From positions 64,001-128,000 of the forward strand of contig JBMORA010000018.1 in the NCBI GenBank assembly GCA_049320885.1: 64,000 nt of DNA, read 5' to 3'. A model generated the notes under the pieces. It worked only from the letters and a program-made list of their open reading frames with translations. It ran no database searches and was not told the DNA's origin. The position numbers and the translations under genes were made by a program. How positions within the stretch are numbered: position 1 is the first letter of the stretch; every line of letters begins with the position of its first letter. This stretch comes from Thermodesulfobacteriota bacterium. Its GTDB lineage: Bacteria; Desulfobacterota; Desulfobacteria; Desulfobacterales; SURF-7. Positions 1 through 8,756 of the stretch are shown here, piece after piece.

Positions 1-1
1 C

Positions 2-2149
2 CTGTTATCCGCCGGCATTGTAACGGCCCTGCTGCTTTTTTGGACAGCCCTGGGCACGGTCTGGACCACCTGGGATCATCAGATCCTGGATCGATTATAC
101 TCCCGGGCGGTACAATACGGATACGGCCCTGCCAAGTCTCCGCACATCGCCTATATCTTGATAACCGATGAAACTTATCAGTATTTCGGCAAAAACCATC
201 TGGACCGCGCCGACATGGCCAGACTCAACGGGATCCTGAAAGACTTGGGCGTCCGGGCCGTTGTCTACGATATCATCTTCTCCCATCCGAGCAGGCCGTC
301 CGCGGACCGGATTTTCACCGCATCCATCCGGGAAAACGGCCGGGTGTATTTACCCGTGGGTTTGGACCGAACCCCCCGGTCGCAACCGTTTCGCTGGGGA
401 AAAGGCCCGGCCTTCGAACGCCTGAATTCCGATTACCTCAAAAAACCCATGGAAATGAACCCGGGGAACCCCTACCACGCCACCCGGTCCCTGATGCAGT
501 ATGACGATTTTGCCGCGGCGGCCAAAAACTCGGGACAAATCTGCAGCGTTGCGGACACGGACGGCGTTTATCGCCACATCCCTGCGCTGATTAAAATCGA
601 TGACCGCTGCATGCCTTCTCTTGCCCTGTCCGTATTCCTGGATTGGGTCGATGTCCCCCTGAATACGATCCAGGTGACCTGGGGGGAGGAAATCGTGATT
701 CCGGCTGATAAAAAGGGCTTGATGAACCGGGAGGTACGCATTCCCATCGATGACCGGGGGCTTGTTTTCGTGCCGTTCGTTCAGGTGTGGGGTCGGGAAT
801 TCCCCATGATGGGAGCCCATGACCTGATACAATACCATGAAGATGAATACATGCGCGGCAACCTGGCCGATGAGTTCGAAGAAAAGTTCGTGTTCATCGG
901 TGACATTTCATCGGGAATCGCGGATTCCGGATATACCACCCTGCAGGAAGAAGTGCCGCTGATCGTTTTGCACACCGCCCTGCTCAATGGGCTGCTCCAC
1001 AATCAATTCTACCGCAAATGGCCCTTCAGCGCCGTTCTCTGCCTGATCGCCGTATCGGGCTTGTGCCTTGCGGCGGCAGCTGCTTTCCGCTCCAATACCG
1101 TTTTGTACGGCCTGGGTTTTCTGTTGCTGGCCGGACTGCCGCTCTGGGCCTTTTACCATCTGATCCGGTTCGTTTTGGTTCCCGCGGCAACCATCGGCGG
1201 CAGCATATTCCTGCTTTTCCTGGGGCTCATCATCGGCCTCCAACTGTTTTCCGCGAGGGAACGGGCTTTCATTAAAAACGCCTTCTCCAAGTATGTTCCG
1301 GAAAAAGTGGTGGATGAACTGATCGACTCCCCCCATCAGTTGAAGCTCGGCGGAGAAGAGCAGGTGGTCACCATGCTGTTTTCGGATCTGGCGGGCTTCA
1401 CCGGCATTTCCGAAAACATGCCGCCGCCGGAACTGGTGCAGCTATTGAATTCCTATCTCACGGAAATGACGGAAATTATCCTGGCGGAGGGCGGCATCAT
1501 CGATAAATACGAGGGTGACGCCATCATGGCGGAATTCGGCATGCCGATCCCCAGCAGCAACCACGCCGACCAGGCGGTCCACAGCGCCCTGAAAATGCAG
1601 CAACGGTTGCGGGCTCTGCGCGCCGAATGGGCGGGAAAAGGGCTGCCGCAGTTGACCTGCCGCATCGGCATCAACACCGGTCCGGTGATTGTCGGTAATA
1701 TGGGGTCCAGACAGGTATTCGACTATACCGTTATCGGTGATGACGTGAATCTGGCCTCCCGTTTGGAAGGGGCCAATAAACAATACCATACGGACATCCT
1801 CATTTCCGAGGCCACCCGGAATCATCTGACCGCGGGCCTGTTCGCCACCCGTATGTTGGATGTGGTCAAGGTCAAAGGGAAATCCAAGGCCGTCACCATA
1901 TTCGAAGTCATCGGACTGGCATCGGAGCCCATGCGTCCCGAAGACCGGTTGTACTATCAGCGTTATCACGATGCGTTTCATGCATATTTATCCAGGAATT
2001 TCCAGCAAGCGGAGCAGTTGTTTTCCATGGCTTTGGTCCAGCGACCGGAGGACGTCGCCGCCCGGCTCATGATGGATCGGATCCGGACCGTCAATCCCGT
2101 TGACCTGCCGATGGATTGGGATGGCTCCGTCACCCTGACATCCAAATGA
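2..2149 (+). CDS. CHASE2-domain class III adenylate/guanylate cyclase (5' end outside the window)
   Basis: The frame is open from position 2 (LLSAGIVTALLLFW...), upstream of the listed TTG at 158. CHASE2 motifs (VVYDIIFS, DTDGVYRHIP, VFIG, LHTALLNGLL) are followed by 3 TM helices, FSKYVP, and the cyclase motifs LFSDLAGFT, DKYEGDAIMAEFG, RIGINTG, YTVIGDDVNLASRLEGANK, then a short TPR-like tail. Confidence 0.93.
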   Translation: MLSAGIVTALLLFWTALGTVWTTWDHQILDRLYSRAVQYGYGPAKSPHIAYILITDETYQYFGKNHLDRADMARLNGILKDLGVRAVVYDIIFSHPSRPSADRIFTASIRENGRVYLPVGLDRTPRSQPFRWGKGPAFERLNSDYLKKPMEMNPGNPYHATRSLMQYDDFAAAAKNSGQICSVADTDGVYRHIPALIKIDDRCMPSLALSVFLDWVDVPLNTIQVTWGEEIVIPADKKGLMNREVRIPIDDRGLVFVPFVQVWGREFPMMGAHDLIQYHEDEYMRGNLADEFEEKFVFIGDISSGIADSGYTTLQEEVPLIVLHTALLNGLLHNQFYRKWPFSAVLCLIAVSGLCLAAAAAFRSNTVLYGLGFLLLAGLPLWAFYHLIRFVLVPAATIGGSIFLLFLGLIIGLQLFSARERAFIKNAFSKYVPEKVVDELIDSPHQLKLGGEEQVVTMLFSDLAGFTGISENMPPPELVQLLNSYLTEMTEIILAEGGIIDKYEGDAIMAEFGMPIPSSNHADQAVHSALKMQQRLRALRAEWAGKGLPQLTCRIGINTGPVIVGNMGSRQVFDYTVIGDDVNLASRLEGANKQYHTDILISEATRNHLTAGLFATRMLDVVKVKGKSKAVTIFEVIGLASEPMRPEDRLYYQRYHDAFHAYLSRNFQQAEQLFSMALVQRPEDVAARLMMDRIRTVNPVDLPMDWDGSVTLTSK

Positions 2150-4737
2150 ACATCTACTTCTCAACGCTCAAGCGGCAAACGCCGATCCTCCTTCTTTTTC
2201 TGGCATGCCTGATGGTGAACGGCAATGCGTCCGCCGTCTCGGCGGATGTTGAAAAGCATGCCGACGGATTGGAGGAGATCCAGCGCCTGTATGCCATCGG
2301 ACAAGAGCATCTCGCAGGAGGCCGGTTCGACCAGGCCCTGACGAATTTCCAGGGCGCCCTGGACCTGACCGAACAATACCAGCAGAAGGAAGGGAAGCAT
2401 CTGATCCACGCCCAGATGGGAATGGCATGCTATGCCCTGGGCCGCCATGACCAGGCGGGAAAACACTTTCAGAAAGCCCTGGCAAACGCCAACAATTCGG
2501 ACAGCCCTGACTTTTTCTGCGCTGTTTTTACCAATCTCGGACTGACATGCTATGCCCGTTGTCTATTCGATCAGGCCGCGGCCTCATTTGAGCAGGCCCT
2601 CCGGATCGCCGAACAGCCGGGGTCTTCCATCCAGACCGCCCCTCTTTATTCCTACCTGGGCATGGTGCATCATGCCTGGGCCCGATATGACACGGCGCTT
2701 GATTACTATCGCAAGGCCTTATCCCAGGCGGAAACCCGGGGATTCAAGGATATGGAAAGCGGGAACCTGAGGAACATCGGCCTGATATATCAGGCGAGGC
2801 GGCAATTCGACCAAGCCATGGATCATTATCACCGCTCCCTTGCCGTCGCCGGCGGTTCCGGCAACAAATCCGAATCCCTGGCCGGACTGAATTGTCTCGG
2901 AAGCGTTTATTTCCAGCTGCGCAGGTTTGATGATGCCCGCGACTGCTATGCCAGGGCGATTCAACTATCCCGGGAACTACAACAGAAAGACCAAATGGCG
3001 CGCGGCCATATTCATATGGGGGGCGCCTATCATGCCTTGGGAAAACTGGATCTCGCCCTGGAGCAATACCAGGAAGCATGGACGATTTTGCGGACCACCG
3101 GATTCAAGGCGGATATGATCACCTGCCTGAATAACCAGGGGCTCGTTCGTCATGCCCGGCAGGAATATGGACCCGCGGCGGCCTGTTTCCAAGAGGCCGT
3201 ATCCCTGATCGAGGAAATCAGGAACACGGCCCAGGGTGAGATCCGGCGGGATTATTTGGCCTCCCAGCTTGCCGCCTACGGACGTTTGGTGTCCACCCAT
3301 ATCCGCAATAAAGAACCGGAAAAAGCTTTCAACGTGACGGAATTGTCTTCCGCCAAATATCTTGCGGAAAAGCTCTCCCCCCAGGAACCGGGAAAAAATC
3401 CCGCGGCGTTTGATATCGGTTCGGAAAAGCAACTGATTCCGGCCGGCACGGTTGTCATCAAATTCGCCAATTTCTCCTGGAATCAAACCAGCCGGATTTG
3501 GGTGGCCGGCAAGTCGGTTCATGGCCTTGAAGTTCCCGCCGAACGCCTGCTGGACGGTTTGCCTCCCCGGATGAAACGGATCGCCGCGGATGGTTTTGTC
3601 CCGGAAAGAGGGCTGGTGCGGAAAAAGGATGGGGATACCGCTGTCTCCTCCCTGGAAAGTCCCGACACGGATCAGGGCGCAGTGGCCAGGCTCATTCACT
3701 ATTATCGGCAGCTCCTGACTCTCCCGCGGCCCACCGGTGAAGACGAACAAATTTTAAGGCGGATTTCCGCCGAACTCTACGGCTTCTTGTTTTCCGGCAT
3801 GGAGCAACTGCTGGAGAATCAAAAGGAACTGGTGATTTTACCCGACGACGTCCTGTGCCTGCTGCCCTTTGAAACCCTGATCATGCCGGACGGACGCTAT
3901 TTATGCCAACGTTTCATCATCCGCTATGCCCAATCGCTGACCGTTGCCGGCCGGATCGCCCGGAAAAAATACACCCATCCCCGCAAAAGCATCCTCGCGC
4001 TGGGCGGACCGGTTTTTGGAAGAAGCCTGAACCGCTACCCGCCTATTTCCAGCCCCGAAGAATTGGAAGCGCTGAAAAAGAAGACCTTGGCGGCGATTCA
4101 AGAACGGGCGCCCCTCCAGGAAACCTACGGCAGGCTGGGGCTTGCCGAATGGGAGGATATTCCCGGCGCCCTGGAAGAAGTACAGACCATTCAGAAACTG
4201 ATGCCGGACGGTGAAATGGTGGTCGGCAGGGATTTGACGGAAGAATTCATCAAAAAGGCATCCCTTTCCGGACTGCTCACCCGGTTCAAAACCATTCATT
4301 TCGCCACCCATGCCGTGGCCGTGCCGGAAATACCGGAATTATCCGCCATTGTGCTATCTCATACAGCAGAATCAGCGGAAGACGGTTTCCTGCGCATGGA
4401 GGAAATTGCCGGCCTCCGCATTCAGGCTGATTTCGTCAACCTGTCCGCCTGCAACACCGGATTGGGGAAAGTTTACAGCGGCGAGGGCATGGTGGGGCTA
4501 ACCCAGGCCTTTCTGCTGGCCGGCGCCAACAGTCTCTGTGTATCCCTCTGGCCGGTGGCGGACCAGGGCACCACCCAATTCATGGTGGCCCTTTATCAAA
4601 TGGCTCGGAAAACCGGCAGCGACTATCCCCGGGCCATCCATGCCGTCAAACGTCGCTTCATTGCCGGCGACTTTGGCGCCGATTTCCAGCGCCCTTACTA
4701 CTGGGCGCCCTTTGTCTATTACGGACCGTATTATTGA
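2146..4737 (+). CDS. TPR-repeat CHAT (caspase-like) domain protein with N-terminal signal peptide
   Basis: ATG at 2146 overlaps the cyclase stop (ATGA). Signal-like N-terminus KRQTPILLLFLACLMVNGNASA, about 8 TPRs, and CHAT motifs ILPDDVLCLLPFETL, IHFATHA (His), LSACNTGLG (Cys), VSLWPVAD, PYYWAPF. Confidence 0.92.
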   Translation: MNIYFSTLKRQTPILLLFLACLMVNGNASAVSADVEKHADGLEEIQRLYAIGQEHLAGGRFDQALTNFQGALDLTEQYQQKEGKHLIHAQMGMACYALGRHDQAGKHFQKALANANNSDSPDFFCAVFTNLGLTCYARCLFDQAAASFEQALRIAEQPGSSIQTAPLYSYLGMVHHAWARYDTALDYYRKALSQAETRGFKDMESGNLRNIGLIYQARRQFDQAMDHYHRSLAVAGGSGNKSESLAGLNCLGSVYFQLRRFDDARDCYARAIQLSRELQQKDQMARGHIHMGGAYHALGKLDLALEQYQEAWTILRTTGFKADMITCLNNQGLVRHARQEYGPAAACFQEAVSLIEEIRNTAQGEIRRDYLASQLAAYGRLVSTHIRNKEPEKAFNVTELSSAKYLAEKLSPQEPGKNPAAFDIGSEKQLIPAGTVVIKFANFSWNQTSRIWVAGKSVHGLEVPAERLLDGLPPRMKRIAADGFVPERGLVRKKDGDTAVSSLESPDTDQGAVARLIHYYRQLLTLPRPTGEDEQILRRISAELYGFLFSGMEQLLENQKELVILPDDVLCLLPFETLIMPDGRYLCQRFIIRYAQSLTVAGRIARKKYTHPRKSILALGGPVFGRSLNRYPPISSPEELEALKKKTLAAIQERAPLQETYGRLGLAEWEDIPGALEEVQTIQKLMPDGEMVVGRDLTEEFIKKASLSGLLTRFKTIHFATHAVAVPEIPELSAIVLSHTAESAEDGFLRMEEIAGLRIQADFVNLSACNTGLGKVYSGEGMVGLTQAFLLAGANSLCVSLWPVADQGTTQFMVALYQMARKTGSDYPRAIHAVKRRFIAGDFGADFQRPYYWAPFVYYGPYY

Positions 4738-7229
4738 CGGTCGCTCCCGGCGGCCAGCAACTCCCGCAGGGCCGTCTGGCGTTTGCTGGTGTCCTGATTG
4801 CGGACAGCCATGGCCAATGCCTTGCGGGTGCCCACAAAAACCGCCAGTTTGCGCGCCCGGGTCAGACCGGTGTAGATCAGGTTTTTGAACAGCATGGTGT
4901 AATGCTGGCTGAGCACCGGGATGATCACCGCCGCAAACTCGCTGCCCTGGGATTTGTGGATGGTGATGGCGTAAGCCAGATCCAGCTCCATGATATCCTC
5001 CCGCTGATACCGGACCTCCCGGTCGTCCGGATAAAAGGACACGACGCAGGTCAGCTCCTCGTTGTCGATCTCTCGGATCACGCCGATGTCGCCGTTGAAC
5101 ACCCCCAGGTCATAATTGTTTCGGCGATGGATGACCCGGTCCCCTTCGCGGAAGATGCGCTCGCCCACTTTCAGCTGACGCTTTCCCGCGGAAACCGGGT
5201 TGGCCGATTCCTGAATCAAACCGTTCAAGGCAATGGTTCCGAGGCTGCCCCTGGTCATGGGCGACAAGATCTGAATTTCACAGCGGTCGCCGAAATATTT
5301 CGGGATCCACTCCAGGTAGAGTTTCCGGACGACATCCGACGCGGTCAGTTCATAGCGCAGCGAGGACCAGGGATGGACTTTTTTCACAACCGCCATCAGT
5401 TCCTCGATCCGATTGCCGGCATGGTACACCTCTTCCAGATTCACGTGCTGAAACTTCTTTGGGACGACCAGTTCCGTCTCGTATGGGACCAACTCCTCAC
5501 CGACGCGGAATTCATACGGATTGGCTTCGCTCTCCGTTTCCCTGGCGGCGATTTTCAGGTCGAAAAACCGTTTTACGCGGGCCACGAAGCCGAGCTGTTC
5601 CCGGGTTGCTTCATCCGAGTCCAGGAACAGGCAATCGGCGCCGGTTCTCCATATGTCCGGTTGTTTAAAAGGGGAATCGATATACGGCAATTCACCTTGA
5701 TTGATCTGGTGGGCATACGTGATGATCCGGGACTGCTCGGCCTGCCGGAAAATCCGGGTCAACTGAAAACACGGCACCCGGCCGGAAGCGATGATATCCT
5801 TGAGGACATTCCCGGCCCCCACCGCTGGAAGTTGATCGGCGTCCCCGATGAACAGGGCCTGGCTGTCCAACGGCACGGCCTTCAGCAGGGAGGCGGTCAG
5901 ACTGACATCCAGCATGGAGCTTTCGTCCACGATCAGAAAATCCATTGCCAGGGGGGAGTCTTCGTTTTTTTTAAAACCGCCGTTCTGCCATTCCAGCAGC
6001 CGGTGGATGGTTTTGGATTCCTTGCCGATGACATCGGCCATGCGTTGCGCGGCCCGTCCCGTGGGCGCGGCCAGCAGCACCTTGCGATTCATGGCTTCCA
6101 GCAGTTTGACCAGTACCAGGGTCGTGAGGGTTTTTCCCACTCCGGGGCCGCCGGTCAGGATGGAAAACTGCCGCCCCGCTATGCCCGTGACAGCTGCGGC
6201 CTGCTCGTCGCTCAAATGGATGCCGCGCACACGGCAATATTGGGAAATCCAGCTTCGAACCCGCCGGGTATCCAGCGGCAGCATCGTTTTCATGCCGGCG
6301 ATTCTTCCGGCCACATACTGCTCGTCGTAATACAAGGACTTGGAGTAGTAACAGGGTTCGCCCGCATCCGCGGATATCAACAGCCGGCGAACCTTCAAGA
6401 GCCCTTCCTGTTCCATTTTCCGGAGCATCTCCGGCAACCGGTCCGCCACATCCAGCCCCAGCAGTTCCCCCGCCTGACGTCGGATTTGCGATTCCGTCAG
6501 GTAACAATGCCCGTCCTGCCGTCCGGCCGAAAGGACATGTTTGATGCCGGCCATGATCCGCCGGGGGCTATCCGGCCCAAATCCGATGCTGAGGGCCACC
6601 TTGTCGGCTGAAAAAAATCCGATCCCGTAAAAATCATCGGCCAGCCGGTAGGGGTCTTCGGTCACCTGGGCGATGGCCTTATCTCCGTATTCCTTGTAAA
6701 TCCTTACGGCATACAGCGTGCTGATACCGTGGGATTGCAAAAACATCATGACTTCCCGGACGGCCCGATGCTCCGCCCAGGCGGCGGTGATCATGGCGAG
6801 CTTCTTCCTGGCGATGCCGGGAACTTCGGTAAGCCTTGCGATGTCCCCTTCAAAGACGTCCAGGGTTTCCCTGCCGAAATGTTTGACGATCTTGGCGGCC
6901 GTTTTCGGCCCCACGCCGTTGATGAGCCCGGAACCGAGATATTTTTCAAGCGCGGCGCTGGTCGCCGGTTTGATTTCCATTGCCGTGGTGGAATGAAACT
7001 GCCGGCCGTGTCTGGGATGAATCGTCCAGGCGCCGTGAAATTCCATGGTGGCGCCGGCGAACACCTTTGTCTGGTGAACAATGACGGTTTCCTGGCCGTG
7101 GGGGTTGTCAAACGGCGCAACCCGGAGCACGGACCAGCCGTTCTCGGCATTATGGTAGGTAACCCGGCTGACGATGCCCCGGATCGTTTCCGCGATCGTG
7201 CCGGTTTTGATCAGCGCCTGCTGTCCCAT
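4731..7229 (-). CDS. recD2: ATP-dependent RecD-like DNA helicase RecD2 (SF1B)
   Basis: N-terminal OB fold and HhH (YLGSGLINGVGPKTA), Walker A TGGPGVGKT, AAPTGRAA, TIHRLL, VDESSM, GDADQL, LTRIFRQ, AYAITIHKSQGSEF, YTGLTRA. Confidence 0.95.
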   Translation of the reverse strand: MGQQALIKTGTIAETIRGIVSRVTYHNAENGWSVLRVAPFDNPHGQETVIVHQTKVFAGATMEFHGAWTIHPRHGRQFHSTTAMEIKPATSAALEKYLGSGLINGVGPKTAAKIVKHFGRETLDVFEGDIARLTEVPGIARKKLAMITAAWAEHRAVREVMMFLQSHGISTLYAVRIYKEYGDKAIAQVTEDPYRLADDFYGIGFFSADKVALSIGFGPDSPRRIMAGIKHVLSAGRQDGHCYLTESQIRRQAGELLGLDVADRLPEMLRKMEQEGLLKVRRLLISADAGEPCYYSKSLYYDEQYVAGRIAGMKTMLPLDTRRVRSWISQYCRVRGIHLSDEQAAAVTGIAGRQFSILTGGPGVGKTLTTLVLVKLLEAMNRKVLLAAPTGRAAQRMADVIGKESKTIHRLLEWQNGGFKKNEDSPLAMDFLIVDESSMLDVSLTASLLKAVPLDSQALFIGDADQLPAVGAGNVLKDIIASGRVPCFQLTRIFRQAEQSRIITYAHQINQGELPYIDSPFKQPDIWRTGADCLFLDSDEATREQLGFVARVKRFFDLKIAARETESEANPYEFRVGEELVPYETELVVPKKFQHVNLEEVYHAGNRIEELMAVVKKVHPWSSLRYELTASDVVRKLYLEWIPKYFGDRCEIQILSPMTRGSLGTIALNGLIQESANPVSAGKRQLKVGERIFREGDRVIHRRNNYDLGVFNGDIGVIREIDNEELTCVVSFYPDDREVRYQREDIMELDLAYAITIHKSQGSEFAAVIIPVLSQHYTMLFKNLIYTGLTRARKLAVFVGTRKALAMAVRNQDTSKRQTALRELLAAGSDRQ

Positions 7230-7288
7230 ACACTCAAGATTCCATTCCCGGCCGTTGTTGGATGGAACATGCTGCCTTTCTCAGGTCA

Positions 7289-8245
7289 TCAGAAATCATA
7301 ACGGAGGGAGAAGGCGAAGGGTTTGTCAACCGAAAAGCGCACCTCCAAGGCCTTCAGGCGACCTGCGAAATGGCGGCGCTGTTCGCGGTTGTATTTATGG
7401 GCATCCGAGACGGCCCCATAGATGTTGCCGGCATAAAAACCCAGACCCACCAGGCTGATCAGTCCGCCCAGGGCATGGAGTTCATTGTCGAAGGATTCAA
7501 CGGCGGCAATCCCGAAGGCGGTATTGACCAGCAAGGCGGTGACGGCGTCCTGATAGCGACCGCAATACAACTGCCCGCCCCCCGGAATGATGGACAAGCC
7601 ACCGGCGACCCAGGGATTTTTTTTCGGAATCCGATCGGCCTGATCCAACTCCGCCGTCAGCGGGTCCAGCCGGTAATCATCGCGGCTCGCCGGGTCGATC
7701 CTGCCGAAGCACTTCCGCGAGGCCTCGAAGGAATCAAAAGGAGTGTTCTTTCCCTCCGCCCACAGACGCTCCAGATGAATCCATCCCAGCACATAATGGG
7801 CCGCGTCTTTTTCATCCGGATCATCGGTGATCGTCGCCAGGTTGTTCATAACCGTCATCGCGGCAGCGGTTTCCCCCATATCCAAATAGCATCGGCTGAT
7901 CATATAACAGGTTGAAAACCACGGTCCGCCGAAATCATGCCCATCGATCATCCGGCGGAAGGACCGGATGGCCAAGCGGTAATCCCGGGAGCGGTAATGG
8001 GAAATCCCGATCCGGTAGGCCGCCTCGTCGGCTCGCGAGTCATCAGGGAAATAATGGATAAAACGCTGATATTCGGCGGCGGCCTGCCGGTAGTCCTGTT
8101 GTTCGAACAATATCCGGGCGTATTGATACTGATCGTCGGCCTGGATATCGAAGGCCCCGGCATCGACGCTGGAAATGGTCAGCAGCCAGAGAATTAAGGG
8201 CGGAATGAAGCGGAAACCGTCAAGGAGAATCCGGCCCATGGTCAT
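7289..8245 (-). CDS. Exported TPR (BamD/YfiO-like) protein with C-terminal hydrophobic TM2-like segment
   Basis: Start probably 8245 or 8239 (MTMGRILL... signal-like). TPRs such as YRQAAAEYQRFIHYFPD...AAYRIG. The C-terminus has KNPWVAGGLSIIPGGGQLYCG followed by hydrophobic segments. Confidence 0.7.
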   Translation of the reverse strand: MTMGRILLDGFRFIPPLILWLLTISSVDAGAFDIQADDQYQYARILFEQQDYRQAAAEYQRFIHYFPDDSRADEAAYRIGISHYRSRDYRLAIRSFRRMIDGHDFGGPWFSTCYMISRCYLDMGETAAAMTVMNNLATITDDPDEKDAAHYVLGWIHLERLWAEGKNTPFDSFEASRKCFGRIDPASRDDYRLDPLTAELDQADRIPKKNPWVAGGLSIIPGGGQLYCGRYQDAVTALLVNTAFGIAAVESFDNELHALGGLISLVGLGFYAGNIYGAVSDAHKYNREQRRHFAGRLKALEVRFSVDKPFAFSLRYDF

Positions 8246-8621
8246 CCTGGAGAGACATGCCGCTGTCCGGCAGCCAGAAATCGTTGTTGTCAACCGGATC
8301 AAGGCCCAATACCACTCCATCCACGGTAATCGATTCGGCATGCTGCAATTCGTCCCGGCCGCAACGCATCAGCCGATCGCTGGTCATGATCCAGCCGAAA
8401 ACGACGCCGTGCCGGTGAAAGGCTTCCACCGCATACTGCGAACAGGATGGCGCCAGGCTGCAGCGATCGCCGTCCACCCCGGAGATGGTCTCCTGAAACA
8501 TCCGCAGCGGCAGCAGCCAGCCGGCGCCCCCCCCGGTCTCCGGCCCCCCGTCTCCCGGCTCTTCATGGCACCAAACCCCTTCCGCCGGTGCCATTACCAG
8601 CATCACTGCCAGCAGGATCAA
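8220..8621 (-). CDS. YidD-like (membrane protein insertion efficiency factor / haemolytic domain) protein
   Basis: Three-Cys YidD pattern FQETISGVDGDRCSLAPSCSQYAVEAFHRHG...DRLMRC and DPV. Hydrophobic N-terminus; start codon uncertain. Confidence 0.75.
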   Translation of the reverse strand: MILLAVMLVMAPAEGVWCHEEPGDGGPETGGGAGWLLPLRMFQETISGVDGDRCSLAPSCSQYAVEAFHRHGVVFGWIMTSDRLMRCGRDELQHAESITVDGVVLGLDPVDNNDFWLPDSGMSLQDDHGPDSP

Positions 8622-8647
8622 CCAGACCGTCCGGCAAACACTTATTG

Positions 8648-8756
8648 ATCGACGATCGACAATCGATGGTTTGCGGTTTTCAGCTGATGGTTGAAACGGA
8701 TATAAAATCGATCCCCATCCTCCATTTTTAATTCGTAATTCCTAATTCGTAATTAT
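8648..8756. repeat. Two short heptamer tandem repeats
   Basis: ATCGACG-ATCGACA-ATCGATG at 8648-8668 and TAATTCG-TAATTCC-TAATTCG-TAATTAT at 8729-8756, in the gspE/yidD intergenic region. Confidence 0.6.

Noticed and set aside
4734..6611. 625-aa plus-strand ORF
   Set aside because: Antisense shadow of recD2, with no motifs; typical of GC-rich coding regions.
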